Source: Acidimicrobiales bacterium
Lineage (GTDB): Bacteria; Actinomycetota; Acidimicrobiia; Acidimicrobiales; CAIXPF01
Direction of reading: 5' to 3'
Assembly: GCA_020846295.1 (NCBI GenBank)
Contig: JADLEF010000088.1
Coordinates: forward strand, 6,525-70,524
DNA: 64,000 nucleotides
Shown: positions 34,532 through 43,526 of the stretch, one piece after another
How the letters are laid out: each line of letters begins with the position of its first letter
Numbering within the stretch: position 1 is the first letter of the stretch
Translations under genes and position numbers: made by a program
The notes under the pieces: model-generated
Seen by the model: only the letters and a program-made list of their open reading frames with translations
The model's database searches: none
Told to the model about the DNA's origin: nothing

Positions 34532-34654
34532 CCGCTCGGGCGGGCGCGGCCCCCGCCGGCCACGCCCGCCCCGGTGTCGGCGGCGTGCCCACAAGCTCGG
34601 ATTCAGCATCGAACCGCTCACGGTCTAGCGTTTCCGGCCGGAGGTTTTCGACAC

Positions 34655-36118
34655 ATGGGTGCACGCACTGGGGCGCAGTTCCTCGAAGGTCTGCGTTCGA
34701 CGAATCGAACGCTGTGGGTTGACGGGGAGCAGGTGAGCGACCCCACCAGCCACCCCGCCACCCGGGGCGGTGCGGCGTCGCTGGCGGCCATCTTCGACCG
34801 GCAGCACACCTACGCCGACGAGTGCCTCGTTCCGGACCCCGAGACGGGCGAAGCCATCAACATCAGCCACATGTTCCCCCGTTCGAAGGACGACCTGTTC
34901 CGGCGTCACGCCGGGCTGACCCGGCTCTCCGAGGGCACCATGGGCCTGATGGGCCGCACGCCCGACTACATGAACATGAAGTTCAGCGGGTTCGCCTCCG
35001 CCCCGTGGGTGTGGGCGGGGGCGGACAACCGCAACGAGCGCGGCGCGGCGAACATGGTGGACTACCAGAAGGAGCTCCGCCGCAAGGACATCTCCCTCAC
35101 CCACACGATCATCCAGCCAACCGTCGACAAGCGCACCGACACCCAGGTGCTCGGCAACAAGGTCACCATCCGCAAGGTGGGCGAGACGGCGGACGGCATC
35201 GTGGTGCGCGGCGGCCGGGTGCTCGCCACGCTGGCCCCCTTCGCCGATGAGACCACCGTCTACCCGGCGCTGCCCCTCCCGCCCGGCGCCGGCGAGTACG
35301 CCCTCGCCTTCGCCATCCCGCTCGACACCCCGGGCCTCAAGTTCCTCTGCCGGGATTCGGCCTCCTCCACCGCCGATCCGTTCGACAAGCCGCTGTCCAG
35401 CCACTTCGACGAGCAGGACGCGTTCTGCATCTTCGACGACGTCGTGGTGCCATGGAACCGCATCTTCCTCGACGGTGACGTCGACATCTACAACTCGACG
35501 CGGGAGACCGGCTTCGCCATCCACATGACGGCGCAGTCCACCACCCGGGCGCTCACCAAGCTCGAGTTCGCCTACGGGCTGGCCAGCCGCATGGCCGCCA
35601 TGATCGGAGACCACACACCCGGCACCGTCGAGATGCTCGGCGAGCTCGCCTGCTACACACAGGTCACCCGCAACGCCCTCGAGCTGTCGCTCGAGCACGG
35701 CTGGGAGCGTGAGCGGGACGGCATGTGGTTCCCCAACAGCGCGGCGCTCGACCCGATGCGGGCCCTGCTGGCCATGTGGATGCCGCGGGTGGCGGAGATC
35801 ATCACCTTGATCGGCAGCCACAACCTGCTCACCACGCCGACCCGGCGCCAGCTCGACGATCCGGCGGTGCGGCCGCTGATCGACGAGATGCTGCACGGGG
35901 CGGACGGCACCACCGCCGACGAGCGGTCCGCGGTGTTCCGCATGGCCTGGGACTTCGTCGGTTCCGCCCTCGCCGGGCGCGGCTTCCTCTACGAGCGCTT
36001 CTACCTGACCTCCGCCGCACGCAACAAGCAGATGATGCACATGGGCCTGTTCGACCGCAGCCGGGCCAACGCCCTCGTCGACGACATGCTCGCCCGGGCC
36101 CGGGCCACCACCGCCTGA
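34655..36118 (+). CDS. 4-hydroxyphenylacetate 3-hydroxylase (HpaB) family flavin monooxygenase, oxygenase component
   Basis: ATG at 34655 with RBS GGAGG. Begins MGARTGAQFLEGLRSTNRTLWVDGE... and shows LMGRTPDYMN and FYLTSAARN, patterns typical of the HpaB family. Confidence 0.85.
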   Translation: MGARTGAQFLEGLRSTNRTLWVDGEQVSDPTSHPATRGGAASLAAIFDRQHTYADECLVPDPETGEAINISHMFPRSKDDLFRRHAGLTRLSEGTMGLMGRTPDYMNMKFSGFASAPWVWAGADNRNERGAANMVDYQKELRRKDISLTHTIIQPTVDKRTDTQVLGNKVTIRKVGETADGIVVRGGRVLATLAPFADETTVYPALPLPPGAGEYALAFAIPLDTPGLKFLCRDSASSTADPFDKPLSSHFDEQDAFCIFDDVVVPWNRIFLDGDVDIYNSTRETGFAIHMTAQSTTRALTKLEFAYGLASRMAAMIGDHTPGTVEMLGELACYTQVTRNALELSLEHGWERERDGMWFPNSAALDPMRALLAMWMPRVAEIITLIGSHNLLTTPTRRQLDDPAVRPLIDEMLHGADGTTADERSAVFRMAWDFVGSALAGRGFLYERFYLTSAARNKQMMHMGLFDRSRANALVDDMLARARATTA

Positions 36119-36158
36119 TCGGACGGACGCGTCGGGAACCGCCGCCTACGATGCGGCG

Positions 36159-37502
36159 ATGTACCCCGACGCGTCCTCCCGGTCCGCCGAGCTGTACGAA
36201 CGGGCCCGACGGGTGCTGCCCGACGGTGTATCCCGCGGGACGGTGTTGGTCAACCCGTACCCGATCTACGTGGCGTCGGGCGCCGGGGCGTGGGTGACCG
36301 ACGTCGACGGCAACCGCTACCTCGACGCCAACAACAACTACACCGCCATCATCTTGGGTCATGCCCATCCGACCGTCATCGATGCGGTGGCGTCGCAGCT
36401 GAGCCGGGGAAGCGCCTTCTCCTTCGCCACCGAGGCGGAGGTGGCGCTGGCCGAGTTGCTCTGCGCCCGGGTGCCGCACTTCGAGCGCATCCGCTTCTGC
36501 AACTCCGGCACGGAGGCGGTGATGACCGCGGTCAAGGCGGCGCGCGCCTTCACCGGCCGGCCGCTCATCGCCAAGATCGAGGGCGGCTATCACGGCGCCT
36601 ACGACCACGTCGAGGTGTCCCTGGACGCGGGGCCGGACACGTGGGGGCCGGCCTCAGCCCCCACCGGGGTGCCCTACGCCGCCGGCGTACCGGACAGTGT
36701 GCTGGCCGAGACGGTCGTGCTGCCCTTCAACGACGCGGCGGCGGCCACCGCGCTGATCGAGGCCCATGGCGAGCGCCTCGCCGCCGTGTTGTTGGACACG
36801 CTGCCCTCCCGGGTGGGCATGCCCGCTCCCGATCCGGCCTTCCTCGATGCGATCTGGACGAGCGCCCGCAAGGCGGGCGCGCTGATCGTGGCCGACGAGG
36901 TGATCTCCTTCCGGCTCGGGCCCGCCGGCAACCTCCACCGTCTGGGTCGCACCCCCGATCTCACCGCCCTGGCCAAGATCATCGGCGGTGGGTTCCCCGT
37001 CGGCGCGGTGGCGGGCCGCAGCGAGGTGATGGACGTGTTCGCCGCCCTCGACGGTGCTCGGCCCCGGGTGCCAGCCGGCGGCACGTTCTCGGCCAACTCG
37101 GTGACCATGGTCGCCGGGCGGGCCTGTCTGGAACTGCTCGACGCCGCCGCCTTCGAGCGTCTCGCCACCATGGGCGAGCGGGTCCGTCGCGGCTTTCGGG
37201 CCATGTTCGACCAGCTCTCCCAGCCGGGCCAGGTCACCGGTGACGGATCGCTGTTCCGCCTGCACCCGCACGACCGCCCGCTGCGCGGCTACCGCGACGC
37301 CCGCCCGCAGGGTGAGGAGTCGGCGATGATGGGCCGGGTGCACCGCGAGCTGCTCAACCGGGGCGTGTACCTCACCACCTACGGGATGGGCTGTCTCTCG
37401 TTGGCCATGACCGACGAGGACCTCGACCACCTCCTCGATGCCGGGCAGGCTGCGTTCGCCGCGGCCCGCGCCGCGGGTCGAGGATCGGGCGCCGGGCGCT
37501 GA
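36159..37502 (+). CDS. Class III aminotransferase (glutamate-1-semialdehyde aminomutase-like)
   Basis: 447 aa. FCNSGTEAVM, VADEVISFR and the PLP-lysine context PDLTALAKIIGGGFPVGAVAGR. Confidence 0.85.
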   Translation: MYPDASSRSAELYERARRVLPDGVSRGTVLVNPYPIYVASGAGAWVTDVDGNRYLDANNNYTAIILGHAHPTVIDAVASQLSRGSAFSFATEAEVALAELLCARVPHFERIRFCNSGTEAVMTAVKAARAFTGRPLIAKIEGGYHGAYDHVEVSLDAGPDTWGPASAPTGVPYAAGVPDSVLAETVVLPFNDAAAATALIEAHGERLAAVLLDTLPSRVGMPAPDPAFLDAIWTSARKAGALIVADEVISFRLGPAGNLHRLGRTPDLTALAKIIGGGFPVGAVAGRSEVMDVFAALDGARPRVPAGGTFSANSVTMVAGRACLELLDAAAFERLATMGERVRRGFRAMFDQLSQPGQVTGDGSLFRLHPHDRPLRGYRDARPQGEESAMMGRVHRELLNRGVYLTTYGMGCLSLAMTDEDLDHLLDAGQAAFAAARAAGRGSGAGR

Positions 37503-37556
37503 GCGTTTCGCACACGTCGGCAGGTCGGCCGCGGCGCGATCGGTGGGCGACGCGGC

Positions 37557-38186
37557 GTGGCTGCTCCTACGCTGCCCCGCATGGAAGACGACGAACAGCA
37601 GGCGCCCGGTCCGGTCGACCTGCGCCGCATCGAGGCGGCGGTCCGAGAGATCCTCGCCGCCATCGGCGAGGACCCGGACCGGGACGGGCTGGTGCTGACC
37701 CCGGCGCGGGTCGCCCGCATGTACGCGGAGGTGTGCGGAGGGCTGCACCAGGACCCGGCCGCCCACCTGCAGGTGACCTTCGAGGAGGGTCACGACGAGA
37801 TGGTGATGGTGCGGGACATCCCCTTCGCTTCGCTTTGCGAGCACCACCTCGTCCCCTTCATCGGCAAGGCCCACGTCGCCTACATACCAGGTGGTACGGG
37901 AAGGGTCATCGGGCTGTCGAAGCTGGCCCGTCTCGTCGAGGGCTACGCCCGACGCCCGCAGGTGCAGGAGCGCCTGTCCACCCAGGTGGCGGACTCACTG
38001 GTCGACGCGCTGGACCCGCGCGGTGTGCTGGTGGTGATCGAGGCCGAGCACCTCTGCATGGCGATGCGCGGGGTGAACAAGCCGGGCGCCTCCACCGTGA
38101 CCTCCGTGGTGCGCGGCCACTTCCGCACCGACGCCCGGGCGCGGGCCGAGGCGATGGGCTTCATCATCGGCAACCGGGCGCGCTGA
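37557..38186 (+). CDS. folE: GTP cyclohydrolase I
   Basis: [46 protein letters not shown]-like and [12 protein letters not shown] motifs. Start is the GTG at 37557 or the ATG at 37581. Confidence 0.9.
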   Translation: MAAPTLPRMEDDEQQAPGPVDLRRIEAAVREILAAIGEDPDRDGLVLTPARVARMYAEVCGGLHQDPAAHLQVTFEEGHDEMVMVRDIPFASLCEHHLVPFIGKAHVAYIPGGTGRVIGLSKLARLVEGYARRPQVQERLSTQVADSLVDALDPRGVLVVIEAEHLCMAMRGVNKPGASTVTSVVRGHFRTDARARAEAMGFIIGNRAR

Positions 38187-38728
38187 TGGGCCATCCACCT
38201 GGGGCGGTGACGGTGCCGCTGGCAGCGCCAGACGCCGAGCTGGCCGATGCGGTCGCCGCGGTCCCCGCGGTCGACGCCGGGATGCAGCGCGAACGTGACG
38301 AGCTGGCATCGCTGCTGCGGGCCGGGGCGGGCCGGGCCGGCCAGCTGTGCGCCCTCGCCTGGGTGGTCGATGCCGCCGCCGAGCACGTGCTGCTCGTGGA
38401 GCACCGCACGCTGGGCTGGGCCTGTCCCGGCGGGCATGTCGAGGTGGGGGAGCACCCGCGCCAGGCGGCGCAGCGCGAGCTGCTCGAGGAGACCGGCCTG
38501 GGCTCGGTGCCGGTCGCGCCGTACGGGCCCGTCACCGTCAGTTGCGCGGCGATGCCGGCATCGGCCGGCGGCCCGCCGCACCTGCACTGGAGCATCGGCT
38601 ACCGCCTGGCCGTGGTGGACGGTGCGGCCCTGCCGGCCGGCGCTCGCTGGTTCCCGCGGGACGCGCTGCCCGAGCGTCGCCCGGCGGATCTCGCCCCCAC
38701 GCTGGCCTGGCTCGGTCTGCTGGGCTGA
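38186..38728 (+). CDS. NUDIX hydrolase
   Basis: The ATG at 38186 overlaps the folE TGA by 1 nt. Nudix box GGHVEVGEHPRQAAQRELLEETG. Confidence 0.75.
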   Translation: MGHPPGAVTVPLAAPDAELADAVAAVPAVDAGMQRERDELASLLRAGAGRAGQLCALAWVVDAAAEHVLLVEHRTLGWACPGGHVEVGEHPRQAAQRELLEETGLGSVPVAPYGPVTVSCAAMPASAGGPPHLHWSIGYRLAVVDGAALPAGARWFPRDALPERRPADLAPTLAWLGLLG

Positions 38729-38950
38729 CGGGACGGCCGTCGGTCGGCGGAGCGGGTCGAGGCGGGCGGTGCCCCGGGGGAGAGCGCCGGGGCGCATTGA
38801 CGTCCCGCCGGCCCGTTGTCTGTGCACCTGGGTCGCGAACCGCTCGCCGCGGTCGATCGCGCACCGCTGTGACCAGGTCGTTCGCCGGGCATGCTGAGCG
38901 GTACGGTCGCCGCGCCGACCTCCGGTGCACCGACACCGCGCCCGCTGCGG

Positions 38951-40129
38951 TCAGAACAGCGGGTCGGTGGCGTCGAGGCCGAGCAACACCCGGCCCGCGT
39001 CGAGGTCGTTGTAGGCGCCGACCATGACGTGTTGCGGCACGGCGCGCACGTCGGCCAGGTGTCGGTGCAGCGGTGAGGACGTGAAGTTGGCCGTGGTGCC
39101 GGCCGCGGTGCACAGGACCTGCACCGCCTCGACGCAGTTGGCCACTGCGTGGGTGCAGGCCAGGCGGGTGCGAGCGTGGGTCTCGGCGGGTACGGGGACA
39201 CCGGCCTCCGCCAGCGCCCAGACGGTCTGCACCATCTCGGCGGCGAAGGCCCATCCGGCGCCGACCAGCGCCTCGGCGCGCGCCATGGCCAGCTGTGCGT
39301 CGGGACGATCCCGCAACAGGGTGCGGCTCACCCGGGCCTTCTTGCCCTGGGCCAGGTCGGAGAACTCGGCGATGGCGGCGCGGGCGATGCCGGTGGCGAC
39401 ACCGACCTTGGGGAACGGGAAGCGCAGCGACGGCGGCAGCCGGAACAACGCGGTCTCCGGCACGGTGTCCCGTCCGTCTCGCACCACGCCCATGCGGCCG
39501 TCGGGGACGAAGGCGTCGTCCAAGGTCACGTCATGGGAGCCGGTGCCGCGCAGCCCGACGGTGTCCCACGTGTCGAGGATCGTGACCGCTTCGGCGGGCA
39601 GCAGCGCAAAGCAGAGCGGGCGCGGCTTGGGGCCCTCCACGGTGGCGCCGACCACGATCTCGTCCGCCGCCGGGCCACCGGTGACGAACGGCCAGCGGCC
39701 GCTGAGCCGCCAGCCTCCCTCCACCCGGCGGGCGCGGCCCAGCGCGGCGCCGGAGCCGGCCACGATGATGGCGGGGGATGAGGTGCACACCCGGCGCATC
39801 GTCTCCGCCGGGAGGTAGCCGGCGGAGATCTCGATCTCCTCGTTGAGGGTCATCGCCGCCCAGCCGGCCGAGCCGTCGACGCGGGCGATGCGCTCGACGA
39901 GCTCCATGAAGGCCAGGCCCGACGCTTCCTCGCCGCCGTAGGCCCGCGGTGCGAGCACGCGCAGCAGCCCGGCGTCGGCCAGCGCCCGCATCACCGCCTG
40001 GGCCGGACGGCGGGTGCGTTGGGTCTCCTCCACGTGCGCGGCGATGAGGGTGGCGAACTCGCCGGCGCGCTCGGCCGGGGACCGCGGGACCGGGGTGGCG
40101 AGTTCGACGGGCGCCGCATCGTGCTGCAT
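38951..40129 (-). CDS. Acyl-CoA dehydrogenase family protein
   Basis: 392 aa with ATG start. ACAD three-domain layout (LLRVLAPRAYGGEE, WRLSGRWPFVTG, a C-terminal helical domain). Confidence 0.8.
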   Translation of the reverse strand: MQHDAAPVELATPVPRSPAERAGEFATLIAAHVEETQRTRRPAQAVMRALADAGLLRVLAPRAYGGEEASGLAFMELVERIARVDGSAGWAAMTLNEEIEISAGYLPAETMRRVCTSSPAIIVAGSGAALGRARRVEGGWRLSGRWPFVTGGPAADEIVVGATVEGPKPRPLCFALLPAEAVTILDTWDTVGLRGTGSHDVTLDDAFVPDGRMGVVRDGRDTVPETALFRLPPSLRFPFPKVGVATGIARAAIAEFSDLAQGKKARVSRTLLRDRPDAQLAMARAEALVGAGWAFAAEMVQTVWALAEAGVPVPAETHARTRLACTHAVANCVEAVQVLCTAAGTTANFTSSPLHRHLADVRAVPQHVMVGAYNDLDAGRVLLGLDATDPLF

Positions 40130-40406
40130 GGGCCAGGACGCTACCCCGACCGGCGGAGCGCCACCCCGCCATACCTACCAGTACAGGCGGCATGCCACCG
40201 GGTATGAGGGATGAGCTGCCCACGCCGAATGGAGGACTTCGACGAACGGCCAAGGCGGTTGTCGCGCAGCGAAGCGTGTGGTGTGAACACCGCATTCGGT
40301 CCTCGAAGCCCGCTGGGTGGTGCTCAGACCGCGCGTTGGCGGTTCTTGCGCGCTGCAAGCGATCGGTGATTGACATCGTCGCCCAGGTCAGGTGGGGTAG
40401 CGCTAC

Positions 40407-40432
40407 GAACAGCGTTGAGAAAAACGCTGTTC
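40407..40432 (+). promoter_or_regulatory. Perfect 10-bp inverted repeat (candidate operator)
   Basis: GAACAGCGTT-gagaaa-AACGCTGTTC in a lower-GC stretch, 63 nt upstream of the ATG at 40495. Confidence 0.3.
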
Positions 40433-40494
40433 GCAATGACCATGCCGCCTGGCTTGGTCCGGCGCGCCCGCAAGGGCGCAACGAGGAGGGGTAC

Positions 40495-41517
40495 ATGATG
40501 GTTCGAGGCTCGCTCCGGGCAGGGGTCGCCGCGATCCTGCTCGGTCTGCTCGCAGCGCTAGGGCTCGCTTCGCAGGGCGCCGGTGCGCAGACCGCGCCCG
40601 GTCCGGCGGCACCGGAGGCACTGTTGTGGACGACGGTGGCGCCCGCGGTGACGGGTTGCGATTCGTCCAACACCACCGTCAGCGTGGCCGGTGGCGCGTT
40701 CGCACCCGCCAAGCTGGTCAACGTCGCGCCGGATACCTGGGCCAGTGGGGTGTGGTTGGCGGCGGAGCCGGGGGTGTCGCTCGGTGGCGCAGCACCCGCG
40801 TCGCCCTGCGGCTACGCCCGCTGGGATGGTCCGGGGCCCGAGGTGCAGCTCATCCCGCAACCGGTGCGCCGGTACGTCTACCGGATCGACGTCGGCTCGT
40901 TCTCGGCGGCGGCCGCGCGGCGCGGCCTCGAGCTCGAGCTGCGGGTGGACAACGTGGCCCGGGTGCGGGTGAACGGCGAGGCGGTCGGTGCCACCGCCCT
41001 CTGCGACGATGACGGCGAGGACTTCGCCACGCCGATCTCCTGTCCGCTGTCGGCCTTCCAGGGGCCGGCGGCCGCCTTCAGCGTCCCGGAGGCGGTGCTG
41101 GCCAAGCAGCAGACCCCCCTCGTCGAGATCGAGGTGCTCGATTACGGCTCCTACACCGGGCTGTCCTACACGATCCGCCGCGGGGAGGCCAGCACCCCGC
41201 CCCCGCCCCCGCCCACGTCCGCAGCGTGCGCGCCGACGGACAACGCGTCCTGTTCGCTGACCGTGACGGTGCCGAAGGGCGTCGCGGCGGGTACCGCCCG
41301 GTACTGCTACGCCCCGCCGGACGGCGAGGCACGGCAGCTGATCATCCCCACCGCCGGTGGCATGGTCTCGATCACGATGAAGGCCAACAGCTGGGTGGAC
41401 GCACCGGTGTCCTCGACGGGCACGATCTACTACCCCAACGAGTTCTGGTCGCTGGCGGTCGACGAGATCGGCGACCCGGAGCTGACCCGATGCCCGGGCG
41501 CGATCCCCGCCGGGTGA
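40495..41517 (+). CDS. Secreted hypothetical protein
   Basis: ATG at 40495 with RBS GAGGAGGGG. Signal peptide MMVRGSLRAGVAAILLGLLAALGLASQGAGA. Ten cysteines in the mature part, a poly-Pro linker (TPPPPPPT), and no recognisable domain. Confidence 0.65.
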   Translation: MMVRGSLRAGVAAILLGLLAALGLASQGAGAQTAPGPAAPEALLWTTVAPAVTGCDSSNTTVSVAGGAFAPAKLVNVAPDTWASGVWLAAEPGVSLGGAAPASPCGYARWDGPGPEVQLIPQPVRRYVYRIDVGSFSAAAARRGLELELRVDNVARVRVNGEAVGATALCDDDGEDFATPISCPLSAFQGPAAAFSVPEAVLAKQQTPLVEIEVLDYGSYTGLSYTIRRGEASTPPPPPPTSAACAPTDNASCSLTVTVPKGVAAGTARYCYAPPDGEARQLIIPTAGGMVSITMKANSWVDAPVSSTGTIYYPNEFWSLAVDEIGDPELTRCPGAIPAG

Positions 41518-41553
41518 TCAAGGCGGGCCGACGGCGCATCGGAGCGGGTTGAG

Positions 41554-41589
41554 GCGGCCATGCGGTGGGTAGTTCCGCCGCATGGCCGC
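41554..41589 (+). terminator. Strong hairpin after the secreted-protein gene
   Basis: Perfect 12-bp inverted repeat GCGGCCATGCGG / CCGCATGGCCGC with a 12-nt loop that can extend by 3 more pairs. It lies 36 nt after the stop at 41517. No U-tract. Confidence 0.45.
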
Positions 41590-41857
41590 AGAGCGAAGCG
41601 ACGATGAGCGAAGCGACGATGAGCGAGGCGACAGCGAGCAGGGGCCGTCCGCGCGCCAGTTGTTGCACTGGGCCACCGGTGACCGCGATGCGGAGGCGGA
41701 GGCCCTCGCCGACGACGCGGGGGTCGAGCCCGAAGCGGCGGAGGCGGCCGTCAAACGTGCCCACGGTGATCTCGGGACGGACCGCAGCGACACCGCCTCG
41801 GCTTCGGATGTGGCCGGCGTCGGCGACGCCCGAGCCGAGGCCCGCCGCCGCCGGTGA
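41582..41857 (+). CDS. Small acidic hypothetical protein
   Basis: 91-aa ORF with strong G/C third-position bias (LLHWATGDRDAEAEALADDAGVEPEAAEAAVKRAHGDLG). Its start codon lies inside the right arm of the upstream hairpin. Confidence 0.4.
   Translation: MAAERSDDERSDDERGDSEQGPSARQLLHWATGDRDAEAEALADDAGVEPEAAEAAVKRAHGDLGTDRSDTASASDVAGVGDARAEARRRR
41591..41635 (+). repeat. 15-bp tandem repeat, about 3 copies
   Basis: GAGCGAAGCGACGAT x2 (perfect) followed by GAGCGAGGCGACAGC. It encodes ERSDD-ERSDD-ERGDS in the 41582 frame. Confidence 0.8.
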
Positions 41858-41903
41858 CCACCCCCCCTCGAGCGGATCCCGCTGCGATGGGTAGGGTGAC
41901 GGC

Positions 41904-42533
41904 ATGGCTCGCCTGCCGCTCGTGGACCCCGACGATCCCAACGCCGACGAGGCGGCCCGCACCCAGCTGCTGCGGGCCCGGGCGGCCAACGAGAAGAACC
42001 CGGACCTGCCGTGGCGCGACATCAACGTCGTGCAGGCGCTGGCCAACCATCCCCGGCTGTTGGAGGGCTTCACCGCGTTGTCGCGCGTCGCCTACGCCGG
42101 CAACAGCCTCACGCCCGGGCAGCGCGAGCTCGCCTGGTTGGGCACCTCGGCGCTGAACGACTGCCACTATTGACTTCCCACCCACACGGTGCTCGGTCGG
42201 AACGCCGGATTGTCCGAAGCCCAGATCGCCCACGTCGGTGACGAGTCACCGCCGGAGGGCACCTACGATGCCGCCTGCACCGCCCTGTTGCGCTACGTGC
42301 GGGCGTCGACCCGCATGGAACGCATCGACGACACGCTGTACGGCGCGTTGCTCGAGCACTTCAGCGAGCAGCAGATCATGGAGCTGTGCTTCGAGGTCGG
42401 CCTGGCGGGCACCATCAACCGGTTCCACGCCACCTTCCTGACCGACGTGGACGGCGAGACCCGCGCCTGCCCGCTGCCGCAACCCGTGCGCGACGCCGCC
42501 GAGCGTGGCTGGGAGCGTTCGGCCGGGACCTGA
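41904..42533 (+). CDS. AhpD-like / carboxymuconolactone decarboxylase family protein interrupted by in-frame TGA (selenocysteine candidate or pseudogene)
   Basis: ORFs 41904-42173 and 42189-42533 are in the same frame and together are collinear with the paralog at 30158-30718. The TGA at 42171-42173 falls in SALNDCHY[TGA]LPTHT, where the family has a Cys. Confidence 0.7.
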
Positions 42534-42542
42534 ACCGGGGTG

Positions 42543-43442
42543 TCAGCCCCGCCCGCCGTGGGTGACCCCGACGAAGGCATCGGCCCCGCTCTGGTAGCGG
42601 AAGATGTTCTGCGCCGCGTTGCGGTTGACCAGCTCGCGGCCGAACATGGGGTGGCGCATGCTGCGCACCTCGTGTTCGATGGTGAACAGCACCGCCCCGC
42701 GGTCGAGGTCCACGATGTCCTGGAAGCGGTACTCGCTCTCGTTGGTCTCCATCGAGATCAGCCCACGCTCGGCCAGCACCCGGTAGGGCCGCGAGAAGTT
42801 GGCCAGGTAGACCGCGATGTGGTGTCCGTCGTAGGGCGCGATCGGGCCATCGGTCTCCACGAACCGCAGCGCCTGCGCCGTACCGACCCGTACGTCGGCG
42901 GCGGCGCGGCCGCCGAGGTCGAGCGTCGTGGCCGGCGCGTCGAGCACCTCGCGATAGAAGCGGGCGATGCCGGGCGCCGCGCCCGGGGAGACGTCGAACT
43001 CGACGTAGGGCAGGCCGAGGCGGAGACCGCCGAAGTCCTGTCCCGCCTCGTGGACCCGCAGTCGGTTGCCCCACGGGCAGGTGAGGGTCACGGTGCCGCC
43101 CTCGCCTTCCGCGCAGGTGTAGCGCGTCCCGGCCAGCCGGGCGCCGTCGTGCTTCTCCAGGCGCTGCAGCCGCTTGCGCAACTCCGCCAGGCTGGGCACG
43201 ACGACACCGATCGTGCCCCGAAGCACCTGGGCCTCCCGCTTGGGCAGGTGGAACTGTTGGGAGCCCAGGTTGACCCACATGTTGGCGGTGCCGAAGTCGA
43301 TGTAGGGGTCCCGGGTGAAGCCGAGACCGGTCACGTAGAACAGGGCGGCCAGCTCCTGGTCGGGCACGGTCACGTTGACGTGTTCCAGGGCGACGATGTT
43401 GCCCACGTCCTGCGTCGAGCGGTCGTACGGTGCATCGGCCAT
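42543..43442 (-). CDS. VOC (glyoxalase/bleomycin-resistance/dioxygenase) superfamily protein, two modules
   Basis: ATG at 43442 with a GGAGG RBS 7 nt upstream. Contains ALEHVNVTVPDQELAALFYVTGLGF and a second module LPYVEFDVSPGAAPGIARFYREVL. Confidence 0.6.
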   Translation of the reverse strand: MADAPYDRSTQDVGNIVALEHVNVTVPDQELAALFYVTGLGFTRDPYIDFGTANMWVNLGSQQFHLPKREAQVLRGTIGVVVPSLAELRKRLQRLEKHDGARLAGTRYTCAEGEGGTVTLTCPWGNRLRVHEAGQDFGGLRLGLPYVEFDVSPGAAPGIARFYREVLDAPATTLDLGGRAAADVRVGTAQALRFVETDGPIAPYDGHHIAVYLANFSRPYRVLAERGLISMETNESEYRFQDIVDLDRGAVLFTIEHEVRSMRHPMFGRELVNRNAAQNIFRYQSGADAFVGVTHGGRG

Positions 43443-43526
43443 GTTCAACCTCCAGACGGTGGAGGCCAGCGTAGGGCACAGGGCGGTCGCCGGGCCCGGG
43501 TCTCGCCCGGCGGGCTACGGTCGGGC

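Noticed and set aside
34539-34557. GGCGGG-N7-CCCGCC hairpin after the two-domain CMD gene as a terminator
   Set aside because: It has only a 6-bp stem in a GC-rich background with no U-tract, which is too weak to list as a feature.
40407-40432. Reading the dyad as a LexA/Cheo-type SOS box (GAAC...GTTC)
   Set aside because: The GAAC and GTTC halves are 18 nt apart rather than 4. It is kept only as a generic candidate operator.
41591-41635. A possible CRISPR or other repeat array
   Set aside because: There are only about three directly abutting 15-bp units with no spacers and no cas genes. It is an in-frame coding tandem repeat at most.
42189-42533. Treating the 114-aa ORF after the TGA as an independent gene with its own GTG start
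   Set aside because: It is in the same frame as 41904-42173. The joined sequence is collinear with the intact paralog across the TGA, so it is one gene (a Sec read-through candidate or a pseudogene), not two.
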